Assembly (NCBI GenBank): GCA_963514005.1
Contig: OY740809.1
Span: 26,970,001 to 27,034,000 of the forward strand
Source of the DNA: Raja brachyura
Taxonomy: Eukaryota
Reading direction: 5' to 3'
DNA: 64,000 nt
Part shown: positions 28,297-39,850 of the stretch, in pieces
Position numbering within the stretch: the first letter of the stretch is position 1
Layout of the letters: every line of letters begins with the position of its first letter
The notes under the pieces: model-generated
The model's input: the letters and a program-made list of their open reading frames with translations, nothing else
Told to the model about the DNA's origin: nothing
Database searches by the model: none
Made by a program: the position numbers and the translations under genes

Positions 28297-28887
28297 AGCG
28301 AGACCAAGTGCAGGCTTGACGATTGTTTCGCTGAACACCTCCGCTCAGTCTGTCTTAACCTTCCTGATCTTCCGGTTGCTCAGCACTTAAACTCCCCCAC
28401 CCATTCCCAATCTGACCTTTCGGTCCTGGGTCTCCTCCATTGTCAGAGTGAGGCCCAGCACAAATTGGAGGAACAGCACCTCATATTTTGCTTGGGTAGC
28501 TTACACCCCAGCAGTATGAACATTGACTTCAAATAGCCGGGGGTACACAAAAGGCTGGAGAAACTCAGCGGGTGCAGCAGCATCTAAGGAGTGAAGGAGA
28601 TAGGCAACGTTTCGGACCGAAACCCTCCAGTGATACCGACTTCAAATAGCCCTTGCTTTCCCTCTCCCCATCCCTTCTCCCTGCCCAGTTCTCCCATCAG
28701 TCTTACTGTCTCCGACTACATTCTATCTCTGTCCCGCCCACTCCCCTGACATCAGTCTGAAGAAGGGTCTCGACCTGAAGCGTCATCCATTCCTTCTCTC
28801 CAGAGATGCTGCCTATCGTGCTGAGTTACGCCAGCATTTTGTGTCTACCTTCGATTTAAACCAGCATCTGCAGTTCTTTCCTACACA
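28297..28887 (+). mobile_element. 5'-truncated Penelope-like retroelement: GIY-YIG endonuclease C-terminus plus 3' terminal repeat
   Basis: Stop-free frame 28297-28536: SETKCRLDDCFAEHLRSV...LPVAQHLNSPTHSQSDLSVLGL...KLEEQHLIFCLGSLHPSSMNIDF, matching the PLE GETxR..L..RF.EH / VA.HFN..H / E...I..L.S..P.G.N pattern. Followed by a pyrimidine-rich UTR, CTGAAGAAGGGTCTCGACCTGAAGCGTCA and a tail ending CAGCATCTGCAGTTCTTT. Confidence 0.88.
28539..28637 (-). mobile_element. PLE terminal-repeat fragment nested in the PLE copy
   Basis: Flanked by 14-bp direct repeat GACTTCAAATAGCC (28525-28538 and 28638-28651). Confidence 0.8.
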
Positions 28888-29100
28888 TTAAATTAAAATG
28901 TTGACTCTCTCTCTCTCTCTCCAAAAGACATTGGAAAGTTTCCTTCTGATGGGCAATTTTTCCAGGTTTAGAGAAGCTGTAACAGAATGTTCATTTTCAT
29001 TAAATGGTGGTGCCGGCTCGAAGGGCCCCAATGGCCTACTCCTGCACCTATTGTCCATTGTCATTCCAATGAAGATGATCTCTGTAAACATCAGTTAGGC

Positions 29101-30290
29101 TTTAGTTTGAGATACAGGGTATAAACAGGCCCTTTGGCCCACCAAGTCTGTACCGACCAGTGACGGAAATCACTATCAAAATATGGAGGGAACAGGGGGG
29201 AACACAATTTCTTGGCGGCCGCGCGCGCTTGCGTGCACTCACACACACGCGAGGCTTCTGCCGTGGGCCCTGTGAATGGTAATTTCAGCTCAATCCAGCG
29301 CTAAATACAGTTCAACTCTGTCTGTCTGTAGGGTTAACCTACAGCCCTGCCTGTACTGACGGAATACCAATCAGGAGCCGTGGAGCTAGCGCTGCTTCTC
29401 CGTGCTGGCTGTAAGCCTGGGCCATATTTCCCGCAAGTCCAGGCAGGGAGAGACAGAGTTGAGCTGGGTTTAGCGCTGCTTCTCTGCGCTGCCTGTGGGC
29501 ACTGTGCCCGTCTGACTCCCGACGTCTCTGGACACCCCCGGGCGTGGGGGGGGGGGGGGGGGGCACTCGGGTGGAGAAAGGTATGGTCCAGTGGAGGTTC
29601 AGCAGCAAATGCAGCGCTGGAGACCTGGGATCGATCCTAGCTGCAGATGTGGCGCAGATCCTATAGCAGAGATCCTAGCTTTGGTGTCTAGTACCAAAGA
29701 TTATAGGACTGCCGTTGTGACCCTATTATCTGGGCATGTCTCCCTCCTCCAATCGCCCCGCTCTATCCTCAGTCCCAACCCCCCCCCCCCCCCCCCCACT
29801 CTGACCGACACCTCCCTCCTTCAATCATCGCACTCAATGTTCCGCCCCCATTGCCTGCTGACCGACGTCTCTTTCGTCCAATCGGCGCCCTCGATCATCA
29901 GTCCCATCCCCAGTCTCGCGAAAAGCGAAAATGTCACCGGGTTTTAAAATCCGGATTACAAAAAAATTGGGGGGGGGGGGGGACTCTTCCCCCCCCCAAC
30001 CTCTCAAAACACATGGCCCCCCCAGGATTTCCACCACTGGTACTGACCAGCGATCACCCTCTACACTAACACTATCCTACACACTCGAGTCAATGTTACT
30101 GAAGCCAATTAACCTACAAACCTGTACATCTTTGGCATGTGGGAGCAAACTGGTGCACCTGGAAAAAACCCACACGGTCACAGGGAGCATGCACAAATTC
30201 CGTACAGACAGTACCCTTAGCCAGGTTCAAACCTGGTTCTCTCGCGCTGTAAGGCAGCAACTCTACTGCTGCACCACTGTGGCACCCCTA
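29101..30290 (-). mobile_element. HE1-like V-SINE split by a DNA transposon (pieces 29101-29157 and 30048-30290)
   Basis: The two pieces join into a collinear match to the 23405-23718 copy. Confidence 0.85.
29158..30039. mobile_element. Non-autonomous hAT-type DNA transposon (882 bp, GC-rich)
   Basis: TIRs CAGTGACGGAAATC / GATTTCCACCACTG (12 of 14 match); 8-bp TSD GTACCGAC (29150-29157) / GTACTGAC (30040-30047). Confidence 0.85.
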
Positions 30291-30399
30291 GTTAATGAGG
30301 GGCACTACGTATTGAACATGGTCAGATTGAAACCATATGCAACATAGTTTATAGATCATAACCCTTCCTTATGACAACTAAATTAAAGTGCTAGAATAA

Positions 30400-30568
30400 C
30401 AGCATCTCTGGAGGACAGGGATGGATGATGCTTTTAGTTGGGACCCTTCATCAGCCTGAAGAGTCCCAACCCAAAACATCACCAATCCACATGTTCCAGA
30501 AATGCTGCCTAACCCACCGAGTTACCTCAGCACTTTGTCTTTAAATCAGCATCTGCGGTTCCTTGTTT
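30400..30568. mobile_element. Degenerate fold-back PLE-derived element abutting the assembly gap
   Basis: AGCATCTCTGGA...GTTGGGACCCTTCATCAG/CTGAAGAGTCCCAACCC...CAGCATCTGCGGTTCC. Confidence 0.65.
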
Positions 30569-30769
30569 NNNNNNNNNNNNNNNNNNNNNNNNNNNNNNNN
30601 NNNNNNNNNNNNNNNNNNNNNNNNNNNNNNNNNNNNNNNNNNNNNNNNNNNNNNNNNNNNNNNNNNNNNNNNNNNNNNNNNNNNNNNNNNNNNNNNNNNN
30701 NNNNNNNNNNNNNNNNNNNNNNNNNNNNNNNNNNNNNNNNNNNNNNNNNNNNNNNNNNNNNNNNNNNNN
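30569..30769. other. Assembly gap (N run)
   Basis: About 200 Ns; true size unknown. Confidence 0.99.
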
Positions 30770-31331
30770 TGCTGAATATTTCTAGTGTTTCCTGTTTTCA
30801 CTGATATCCACTTTACAGTTTTTGCTTTGAGCGAGTAGTGATTAATCCTAACACTGAAATAATAAAGGACAATATTCTAAGGAAGTTGATGCCGTAAGCT
30901 GTCTACTGGATCAATGACCAAATATCCAGATAGAATATATTTTTTGCCACGAACTATAAATGATCCCAAACTCCATAAAGTGGTGATCACCAAAACTTAC
31001 AAATGAGGTAAAAGTAAATTAAAGTTAAAAAAGTAACACCAGAAAGCTTGGGGGTTAACCCATTAATTGCTGCTTATTTCCTCTATTTCTTTAATTTGTT
31101 GCAGCTTCAGTTATTTCTGATCAATCTCAAACTCCTCCCAATGTCCACATCATCATCCACCCCATTAAAAGTCATGAGGCACCAGCGTTGACTTTTCACT
31201 GAAGGAAGTTCAGTGCAACTAGTTGCAATCTCACTTCCTGAAAAAGACAAATCATTGACTGCAGGTGCAGACTGACGCAGTGCATTCAAATTCAAAGCTC
31301 ACATTTAAATTCACAGCTCTCATTTAACCTT

Positions 31332-31545
31332 GTTGTTAAAGAAGGAACTGCAGATGCTGGAGAATCGAGGGTTACACAAAAAGCTGGAGAAACTCAGCGG
31401 GTGCAGCAGCATCTAAGGAGTGAAGGAGATAGGCGACGTTTCGGGTCGAGACCCTTGAAGAAGGGTCTCGACCCGAAACGTCGCCTATCTCCTTCACTCC
31501 TTAGATGCTGCTGCACCCGCTGAGTTTCTCCAGCTTTTTGTGTAA
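31332..31545. mobile_element. Fold-back PLE-derived insertion with a perfect 86-bp inverted repeat
   Basis: Arms 31371-31456 and 31461-31546; 15-bp TSD CTCTCATTTAACCTT (31317-31331 and 31546-31560). Confidence 0.9.
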
Positions 31546-32107
31546 CTCTCATTTAACCTTTATGGCTTGTTTCAATAGCAACAATTCTCAAGTCATGAAT
31601 ATTATGAAGCCTTATTGAGAAGGAAGGGGACAAAAGTACAAACGCTGAAGTACCATCTCTGAACAATCTTATTAAATTGCACTGGAGGCTCCAGGCCCTT
31701 ATTCAATTTATAAGTTGAATCCTTGACATCTATTTAGTTACTGACAAAGTTCCTGATCATTCTAATTAAGTGTAGAAATGAAATCACGATCTGTGGAGCT
31801 CAGTGATGCTGGCTTACCTTACTGATCTTCAAGGAACTACGCCTTGAAGGATTATTCTCTTCAAAGCAAAGTAGAAGGAAGGCAAAACAACACAGAAAAC
31901 ATTTCAACTAATTTATTTCAGTGTAAATCGACGTGCTTGCTTATCCAAGACCTAACACTAACAAACTAAAGAAAAAACAAACAATGTCTCCCATTCAACC
32001 TGAAATCTTATGACTCGGGTAAAAAGCAATGAATAATGCTTATGACTAAGGTGGAAGATTTGGGGGGGGGGGGGAGAAGAGCTAGAGGAAGCAAAATAAA
32101 GTTGTAA

Positions 32108-32230
32108 GAAAGAACTGCAGATGCTGGTTTAAATCGAAAGTAGACACGAAATGCTGGAGTAACTCAGCGGGTGAAGCTGTATCTCTGGAGAGAAGGAATG
32201 GGCGACGTTTCGGGTGGAGACCCTTCAGCT
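32108..32230 (-). mobile_element. PLE terminal-repeat fragment
   Basis: Close reverse-complement match to 28756-28880. Confidence 0.8.
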
Positions 32231-34867
32231 TTAATGCATTAGCTGTCCGATGACAGGGAAATGGTAACGTCTGTGGCACTCGGGGCAATTTAAAGGATTA
32301 TGATTGTTATGCTAATTATTTACTTTAACTCATAAAATACCAACACACAACTGTTTCTGCCTCCACCACAATTACAGCAAGGACTGTTCGCTCTGTCCCC
32401 AAAGCACAAGTGGCTGGAGAAGAATAACTATTTAAAGAGCACTTGCTCGATAAGAACAATGGGAATATTTTTGACAGAAACAATTACTCTCTCCTCAGGA
32501 TTCTGTCCATCAACAATCCATGAATAGAGCAAAATGTAGTTGGACACTGTGTAATGGGATTATTCAATTGTAAATTATACATCCACCGTGGCCGTATCAG
32601 TCAAGCAGGATGTTTACATTGGAATGATTTTAACCCTTAAATACTTAACTCCTGTTCCACTGGTTTGTGCATCTGCTGCAACAACATGAATTGCTGAGCT
32701 AGGTATAACAATATCATCTACATGGCAATACAGTCAGTAACCAAATTACACAGCAGCTGATGTCTTGTAAATGGGTCAGAACATTTAAATAAGAAATCAA
32801 TGTGCACTTTGGAGAAAACAATCTAATTGGACCGAAGACTCTGGGAAATAAAAGGCATCATACCTCTACTGGATTCTTGGCAAAGAAACAAAAGTGTATT
32901 AACTTATTATTTCAGACCTCCTGAGAACCTTTGTACTATCAGATTCAATCAAAGAAGGAATCTCACTGACCAACAAGGATGTTTCATGTTTTCATGTCCA
33001 TGTGTGAAAATAAGTGCATGCATTCTTTTCCATTCTGTAACATGCTGAAGTTGATAAAAAATATTTAATTTTTTTTTTTTAAGTAACAGAAACAAGATAA
33101 GAAAAATAGCTTGAGAAAAATAACAAAACTCAAATTTGCAAAATACAACTGCCGCTATATTTTAATCAGTTATCTGTGGTACTGTTATTAGAAACTAGGT
33201 TCTAACTGACTGATAACATACTTGAGAACAAGCTGTCAGTTCAGTGAAGTATTGTGGGTGCTGTTCTGCCAAAGGAGCAGCCTTCTACATGAAATGCTAA
33301 AATGAGGTTCAATCTGCTCTTTTTTTATAGATCCAATAAAAAAAACAAAGGTAACCCTTCAATCCAAGGGCAAGATTGAATTATACCTGCAGACAGCCTA
33401 ATGACCACGAGTTGTTTCTTAGTAAATGAATGCTTATTTTAACCAAAATACAGCACAATTTAATAATGAAGAGGTTTCTAATTGTACGCAACATTCAATC
33501 AAGTTGTTATAGACACATAGTTTCATTTCCATTTACTAACATCACAAGTACAGATAACTTAATTACCAAAGACCAGAATTTGTCTTTAACCATTATAAGA
33601 GCTGTCACGACAGTACTATTGTCAATTAGACAGAGTGGCCTCAAACTATGAGTCAACTTCATTCAATATTAAACATGTAAACAAATAGGAATAGGTGTAC
33701 GTTTCAGAATTATGGAAGCAAAGTAAGCTATGGAAAGAGGTTATGATCAAATCCCACTACTGCAAGTGTTTTTATATTCCTTTATATAAAGATAATTTTT
33801 CCTGCAACTGTGATGCACAGACACTGATCTTAGTTCCTGTATATTTTTTGGAATGTTACGGAACAAAAAAAGAGCTGACATTAACCACTAGAGCAAAAGC
33901 CATCATAAACCAGCTCAGTTTTCCTGCTGGCTGGACCTCAAGTTCAGGCAGCCAAGTACAAATCCACACTGGAAACCACCAGGCCACAAGAGAACAACGG
34001 GCCCATCCTCGGGTCTAGGTCTTACTTTTAAGCCCGACAACAGCTGCGTCTTTTATTCCACTATTGAGCCTACTCTGTCATTTAATAAACTCATGCTGAT
34101 ATGACTGGAACCTACACTCTGCATTCCCACAGAAACACTTTCCCCTTGGTTTTCTAAATTCCATCTACTACCAGCATGGAATTATTCAACGACTTTACTA
34201 TCAACTCAGTTTGAAGAATGCTTGAAAGACTCAAAGCCAGAAGGATTTTTGCCTCATGAGGAAAGAACAATATATTTTTAAAACAGTCACTCTAGTTCTA
34301 GATATTCCTGTAAGAAGCATCCACCATGCCATGAATTCTCAAGACCTTCATTAGTTCAATTAAGTCACCTCTCGCCCTTCTTGAAAGGATGAAAAATAAG
34401 CTTGCTAGAATGCTCACGTCCTACAAAGGTTAAAATGTGAAAAATGATTATGGACGCTTGAGGCAAATGGACGTTTAAAAAAATGATATATTTCTGCTGC
34501 TTAAAGGAATTAGTGGATAGAGCAAAGAATTGGGCACAAATCAGCCATGCTTTAACAGAGGAACAGACTTCATGGGGGCGAATGAGCCTCCAACTCCTTT
34601 GTCTTTACATAGTAAACTTTAGCAACTAAGCATCCACCCCTAGCTCCTTTCATCAATATTCTCACCTTCTGGTAACAAAGCACATTTATGGTACATTTCC
34701 AAATATGCCCCAAAAACAGGTTTACCTATCCACCTCTACCTGCCCGACAGTAACTAGCAGATAAATCAAATTTTTCATTAACTTAAATTAACCTTAAGTA
34801 TTCAGCTTCTGCCAAAGCCCTTATCCAAGGAGTCTCCGATTCCTTGGTCACTCAATGAAATTGAAAT

Positions 34868-35410
34868 GATGATGCAGCTTTACAAGACTTCAGTTAGGCC
34901 ACATTTGGAGTATTGTGTGCTGTTCTGGTCGCCCCATTACAGAATGTAGAGGGTCTGGGAAGGGTACAGAGGAGGTTTACCACAATAATGCCTGGATTAG
35001 GGGGTATTACCTACAGAGAGATATTGAACATTGCTTTCTCTGGGGAGACTTGAGAGACGTATATAACATTATAAGAGGCACAAATAGTGTAAACAGTCAG
35101 AACCTTTTACCAGGAAGGAAATATAAAATACTAGAGGGCATAGCTTTAAGGCAAGGACAAAGTTTAAAGGAGATGGGCGGGGCAAGTATTTTTACACTGA
35201 GGGTAGCGAGTGCCTGGAATACACTGCCCAGGGTGGAGGTTGAAGCAGATATATTAGTGGCATTTAGAAGACTTTTGAATAGGCATATGGATAAGCAGGG
35301 AATGGAGGAATATGGGTTATGTGCACACAGATAAGTGATGGTCTTGGCATCATGTTCTGCACAGACATTGTGGACCAAAGAGCCTATTCTTCCACTGTAC
35401 TGTTCTATGA
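34868..35410 (+). mobile_element. CR1 LINE 3' fragment
   Basis: VRPHLEYCV.FWSPHY-encoding start, WNTLP..VEAD..VAFRRLLNRHM, CR1-type 3' UTR. Confidence 0.88.
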
Positions 35411-35903
35411 ATTATCCTATGGCTTCTGTAAGAGACATTGGTTCCAGAAATGCTAGAGCTTAGAGAGTGCAGGTGATGTAGCTCTGAAAGAAAAAGGTTT
35501 GCCCTCTTGCACTCTATTTCTCCACCCAAGATAGAATAAAAAGCAAATCATTTTGAACATCAATCATATGCAACATAATCTTTTAACTTAACCCTGTAAA
35601 TGACAGTGGTCTGCTGGTTAGATCCAACAATCACCCTTACAAGGGCAACATATTCTTCCTAAGACGGCTATTTTTCACCAATAGGTACATTGCACAAGGA
35701 CTATAAAAACAGTATCCACCAACAACTAAATAATTTTATTACAGTATCTCAAAGCTTTAGTCCAAGCAATCATCTAGATCTGTGATTACAAGACTTAAAG
35801 CATACTCCTAAACGTGAAAATTAGATCGAATTAGACTAAAAAATTAGACCCCCAAGTCTTAACAACGGGTCTTATTTAGGAGGGCAATATGCACAATTGT
35901 ATT

Positions 35904-36095
35904 AAAGAAGGAACTGCAGATGCTGGAGAATCGAGGGTTACACAAAAAGCTGGAGAACCTCAGCGGGTGCAGCAGCATCTAAGGAGCGAAGGAGATCTGA
36001 AGAAGGGTCTCGACCCGAAACGTCGCCCATCTCCTTCGCTCCTTAGATGCTGCTGCACCCGCTGAGTTTCTCCAGCTTTTTGTGTAACCCCCAAC
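35904..36095. mobile_element. Fold-back PLE-derived insertion with 62-bp arms
   Basis: Arms 35935-35996 and 36029-36090 (1 mismatch); 14-bp TSD TGCACAATTGTATT (35890-35903 and 36096-36109). Confidence 0.9.
35997..36024 (+). ncRNA. Minimal type I hammerhead ribozyme motif (PLE-associated), activity unproven
   Basis: CUGAAGA-A-[GGGU CUCG ACCC]-GAAACGUC: core boxes intact, stem II closed by G-C, palindromic ACGU in place of stem III, GUC cleavage triplet. Confidence 0.7.
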
Positions 36096-39000
36096 TGCAC
36101 AATTGTATTGTTCTTGTAGGAAACTAACTTGGATAGCAGACAAGACTTGAAACAGATTTAAATTCTAAGTTACACTTTATGGAAATCAAACTACATGTTT
36201 TGAAATGAACCACTTGTAATTTATTTGAACAGCAAACTAAATTCCACCCCACCTTCTTATCGACATTCCCAAAACACTAAAGTTCCACTAGGTTTATGTT
36301 TTTTTTTGTGGTCATTGTTCTCCATCGCTCTGAACTTCAAAGTGAGATTCTCAACAACTAACCCGAACAAAATATACTCCACCCATCCAGATTTTTGTTG
36401 AATTGAACACATTTTTATTCGCACAGCAGTTTATGAATCATTCACAGACTTACATTTAAATCCAATGTATACGCATTCAACAGATTTGCACGGAGTTAGT
36501 GAGCCAGTGCTGATTTTAAGGTCAAGTGCATGGAAAAATGTACTACTATTTAGTTTCCCAATTTCACATCATCAAAATTAATATGTTTGATCAGAAAATC
36601 CACAAAGATATTTTCACAAAGATTTTCATTTAGAACACAAGGAAATTCATTTTACTGGATTACTGGGGAGGGGGTTGTATTCCTAGAAATTGGTCCATAT
36701 GACAATTTCCATAATCCAAAGCCACGGCATCTCTGCATGTCTTGGGAAATAAGTTTTTTTCCCCATATTAACCTAAATTTATTCAGTATCGCAAATTTCG
36801 CGTTGTGATTTGTGAATTTACATAATATGGGGATCCCCTATGTAGAAAACATTGAAGGGGGAAAAGGGGGAATGTTAAAAAGCGAGAAGTCGCAAAAACC
36901 ACAAATGGGTGACACTTCACCCACAGTGGTCAGAATAGGAAAACAAAGTCAAACAAGTTAAAGTCATACAATTTATGATCAGAGCATATAAGAGACAAAG
37001 CAAGCATAACATTGTTACATCTAAACACACTGATACAAACTTTGAAATTGGAAATGAAAGTAAAATCTAGTCAGAAACGGGTTAAAACAAACCATATAAT
37101 CCCTCACCATCCCCTTTATTTTTACCCCAATTCTCCCATTTAAACCAGGCTACTCACCCCATTTAATGTTTGTCTGCGCAAGATCAGATTAGGCCCCACT
37201 ATTTTATGCAAGCCAATGACTTGTGGCATTTCCATGATAAAATGCTGGTGTCAACAATATACAGCAACCATGCAAAATGTATATATGCTTTCAGAATGTT
37301 GTTCAAGGTTTCCAAACATGCAAAGTCAAGTAACCAATCCAACCCGTCTGTTGGTCAGCAACCTGACAGTAATAGGACAAACATGGGGCAAAAACGTGTA
37401 GATTGTACACAATGAAAAGATGTTGCCAAAGTTGTTCAACCCATGACATTTGGGCCTGTGTGGCTGTATTGCCAAGTATAAATTTTGACAACATTCTCTA
37501 CTATTAAATTCAGCAGCTAAAGGCCTTTGAGAATGAAAAACAGGTGCTAAAACCCCATTTCCTCAAAGAAAGAAAGCTGAGGACTTGAAAAAACGCAATA
37601 ATTCTGAAATGCACTATTTGCTTCAATACAAAGATACGGTCAACCTTCACTGTCAAAAGTGGCAGAGGTTCCGAATGCATTGTACCCTGAGATCAGAACA
37701 AATAGATTTCTAACAAATTCATGGGCTAGCTTGTATAATCTCTACAAACAAATCACAACAGCCCATTATCTCATTGTTATTTTGATTTATCTGTGCTTAT
37801 AGAAACTGAAAGTCGACAAATCTTATTGACTGAAACATGTTTTAAATAATGAAAATTAACTGAATTTGTCTCCCTCCACTGGCGACACTTATCAAAGATA
37901 GTTAACCCTCGATCAACAAACAATTCATCCATATTTTTAATTTGAATCACAAATAAAATTACATGTCCAGAAAACCTTGCCCTCTGCTTGTTACAATCTG
38001 AAACCAGGAGAGGTAACAGAAGCCAGATCTATTGATTCATCTTTAATCAAGCCAGGTTGTGCTAATGATTGGCCATCAAATCCATGGAGAATTCAACAAG
38101 TTGTTGAGGGAAGAGCCAGCAACTTCCCGATTTCTACATCTGCACATCCACGGCAGACATAGAAACCAGGAATACCCTAACCAGTCCATTGTACCTTGAT
38201 GGTAGTTCTACATTCATCACTGGCTAATATTCCACAAAACCCAGAACAATTATTAATGATGTTACGGATCCGGCAATCTGCTCTAACTCAAGGTATCAAA
38301 AAAAATGGTGAAGTGCACAATCTCTCACTCCATCCCTGGAATCGAAGGTCAGTCACCTTTGGATTAACCCAAGCTGAAGGGAAAGTAACACTTTGTATCT
38401 GGCCTGAGCAGTGCCCCACTCAGCATTTAACCACCAGGAAGTGTCTGTATTTTTTAAACTCCCTTTTATTTATACATGCTTTGACCAAAATTATTATTTT
38501 TTTGTAATTTAAAAAAAATCAGTGACTATTTATATCCATTTCATTTGATTTGGACAAAACATCAGAAGTGGCTTTTGGCAGCAGGCACTTCATAGGTTGA
38601 TCAGAGTCCATAGAACAGTCTTGGATTCCATCACTTGAGAACTAGTCGCACCCCAAATCACTGTTTCTCGGGATGGACAAAACAAAGCCACAAATACTTT
38701 TGAAATGTGTGAATGCACAACATTAGTCCTGCTATAGGAATAGTTCTGGGAGCAAACTACAGGGCAGGCTGGGTCAAGCATGATCCAGTTGACTACATAC
38801 CTGAAGGGAATGTTGAGGCATATATTCATTAGCAAGAGAGTGCAATATATTTTGTTGCGACATGCTAATCTCTGCCGTTGTATAGCTGCATAAAACGTCA
38901 CATTTATATAGTAGAAACATGACAATTGGCTGAATCAGTTCCTGCCGGTACTCAACCTCCATTATCATTATTAAATATCTTTCCTCATCTAACACCATCT

Positions 39001-39102
39001 TTATAATGCTTTATTTCTTCTTCAATGGCTTCAATGCAGAAACAACGAATGGTTACAGCATGAAAGGAGACCTTTCTGTTCCCTGAGCTCATGCCAGTTT
39101 TA

Positions 39103-39533
39103 CAGTGCCCTCCATAATGTTTGGGACAAAGACCCATCATTTATTTATTTGCCTCTGTACTCCACAATTTGAGATTTGTAATAGAAAAATATCACGTGTG
39201 GTTAAAGTGCACTTTGTCAGATTTTAATAAAGGCCATTTTTACACATTTTGGTTTCACCATGTAGAAATTACAGCAGTGTTTGTACATAGTCCCCCCATT
39301 TCAGGGCACCATAGTGTTTGGGACACAGCAATGTCATGTAAATGAAAGTAGTCATGTTTAGTATTTTGTTGCATATCCTTTGCATATAATGACTGCTTGA
39401 TGTCTGTGATTCATGGACATCACCAGTTGCTGGGTGTCTTCTCTGTGATGTTCTGCCAGGCCTGTATTGCAGCCATTTTTGGCTTATGCTTGTTTTGGGG
39501 GCTAGTCCCCTTCAGTTTTCTCTTCAGCATATA
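39103..39533 (-). mobile_element. Tc1-family transposon right end (IR-DR type TIR plus transposase C-terminus)
   Basis: TA|CAGTGCCCTCCATAATGTTTGGGACA with inner repeat CAGGGCACCATAGTGTTTGGGACA (~39302). Minus strand encodes MLKRKLKGTSPQNK...AAIQAWQNIT and, after a frameshift, KGYATKY*. Confidence 0.88.
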
Positions 39534-39670
39534 ATACACCCCTCGGTTATAGTAGACAATCCGCAATTGTGGACCATCTCTTCTTTTCCCCCTGCCCCAT
39601 CCCCCCATGATCCGTTATAAGAGATGGTCCACAATTGCCGATTGTCTACTATAACCGAGGGGTGTATTAT
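39531..39670. mobile_element. 140-bp hairpin MITE
   Basis: 52-bp inverted arms 39531-39582 and 39619-39670 with 1 mismatch; TA|CACCCCTC...GAGGGGTG|TA. Confidence 0.8.
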
Positions 39671-39699
39671 CATTGTATAAATTGTTAGAAACAAACAAC

Positions 39700-39850
39700 T
39701 AGAGTGCTGGTTAATACACAAAACGACAACGTGCTGGAGTAACTCAGGAGGTCAGGCCCGAAACGCTACTTATCCAGGTTCTCCAGAGATTCTGTCCTGC
39801 TGAGTCACTCCAGCACTTTGCATCCCTTTGAATATTAACCTGCATCTGCA
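39700..39850. mobile_element. Degenerate fold-back PLE-derived element
   Basis: GTGCTGGAGTAACTCAG ... CTGAGTCACTCCAGCAC inverted pair plus GCATCTGCA tail. Confidence 0.65.

Noticed and set aside
30502-30804. ORFs spanning the N run
   Set aside because: Artefacts of the assembly gap.
31332-36095. CRISPR-like array or prokaryotic system
   Set aside because: Repeats are dispersed, TSD-flanked retroelement pieces with no regular repeat-spacer period; the DNA is spliced vertebrate sequence.
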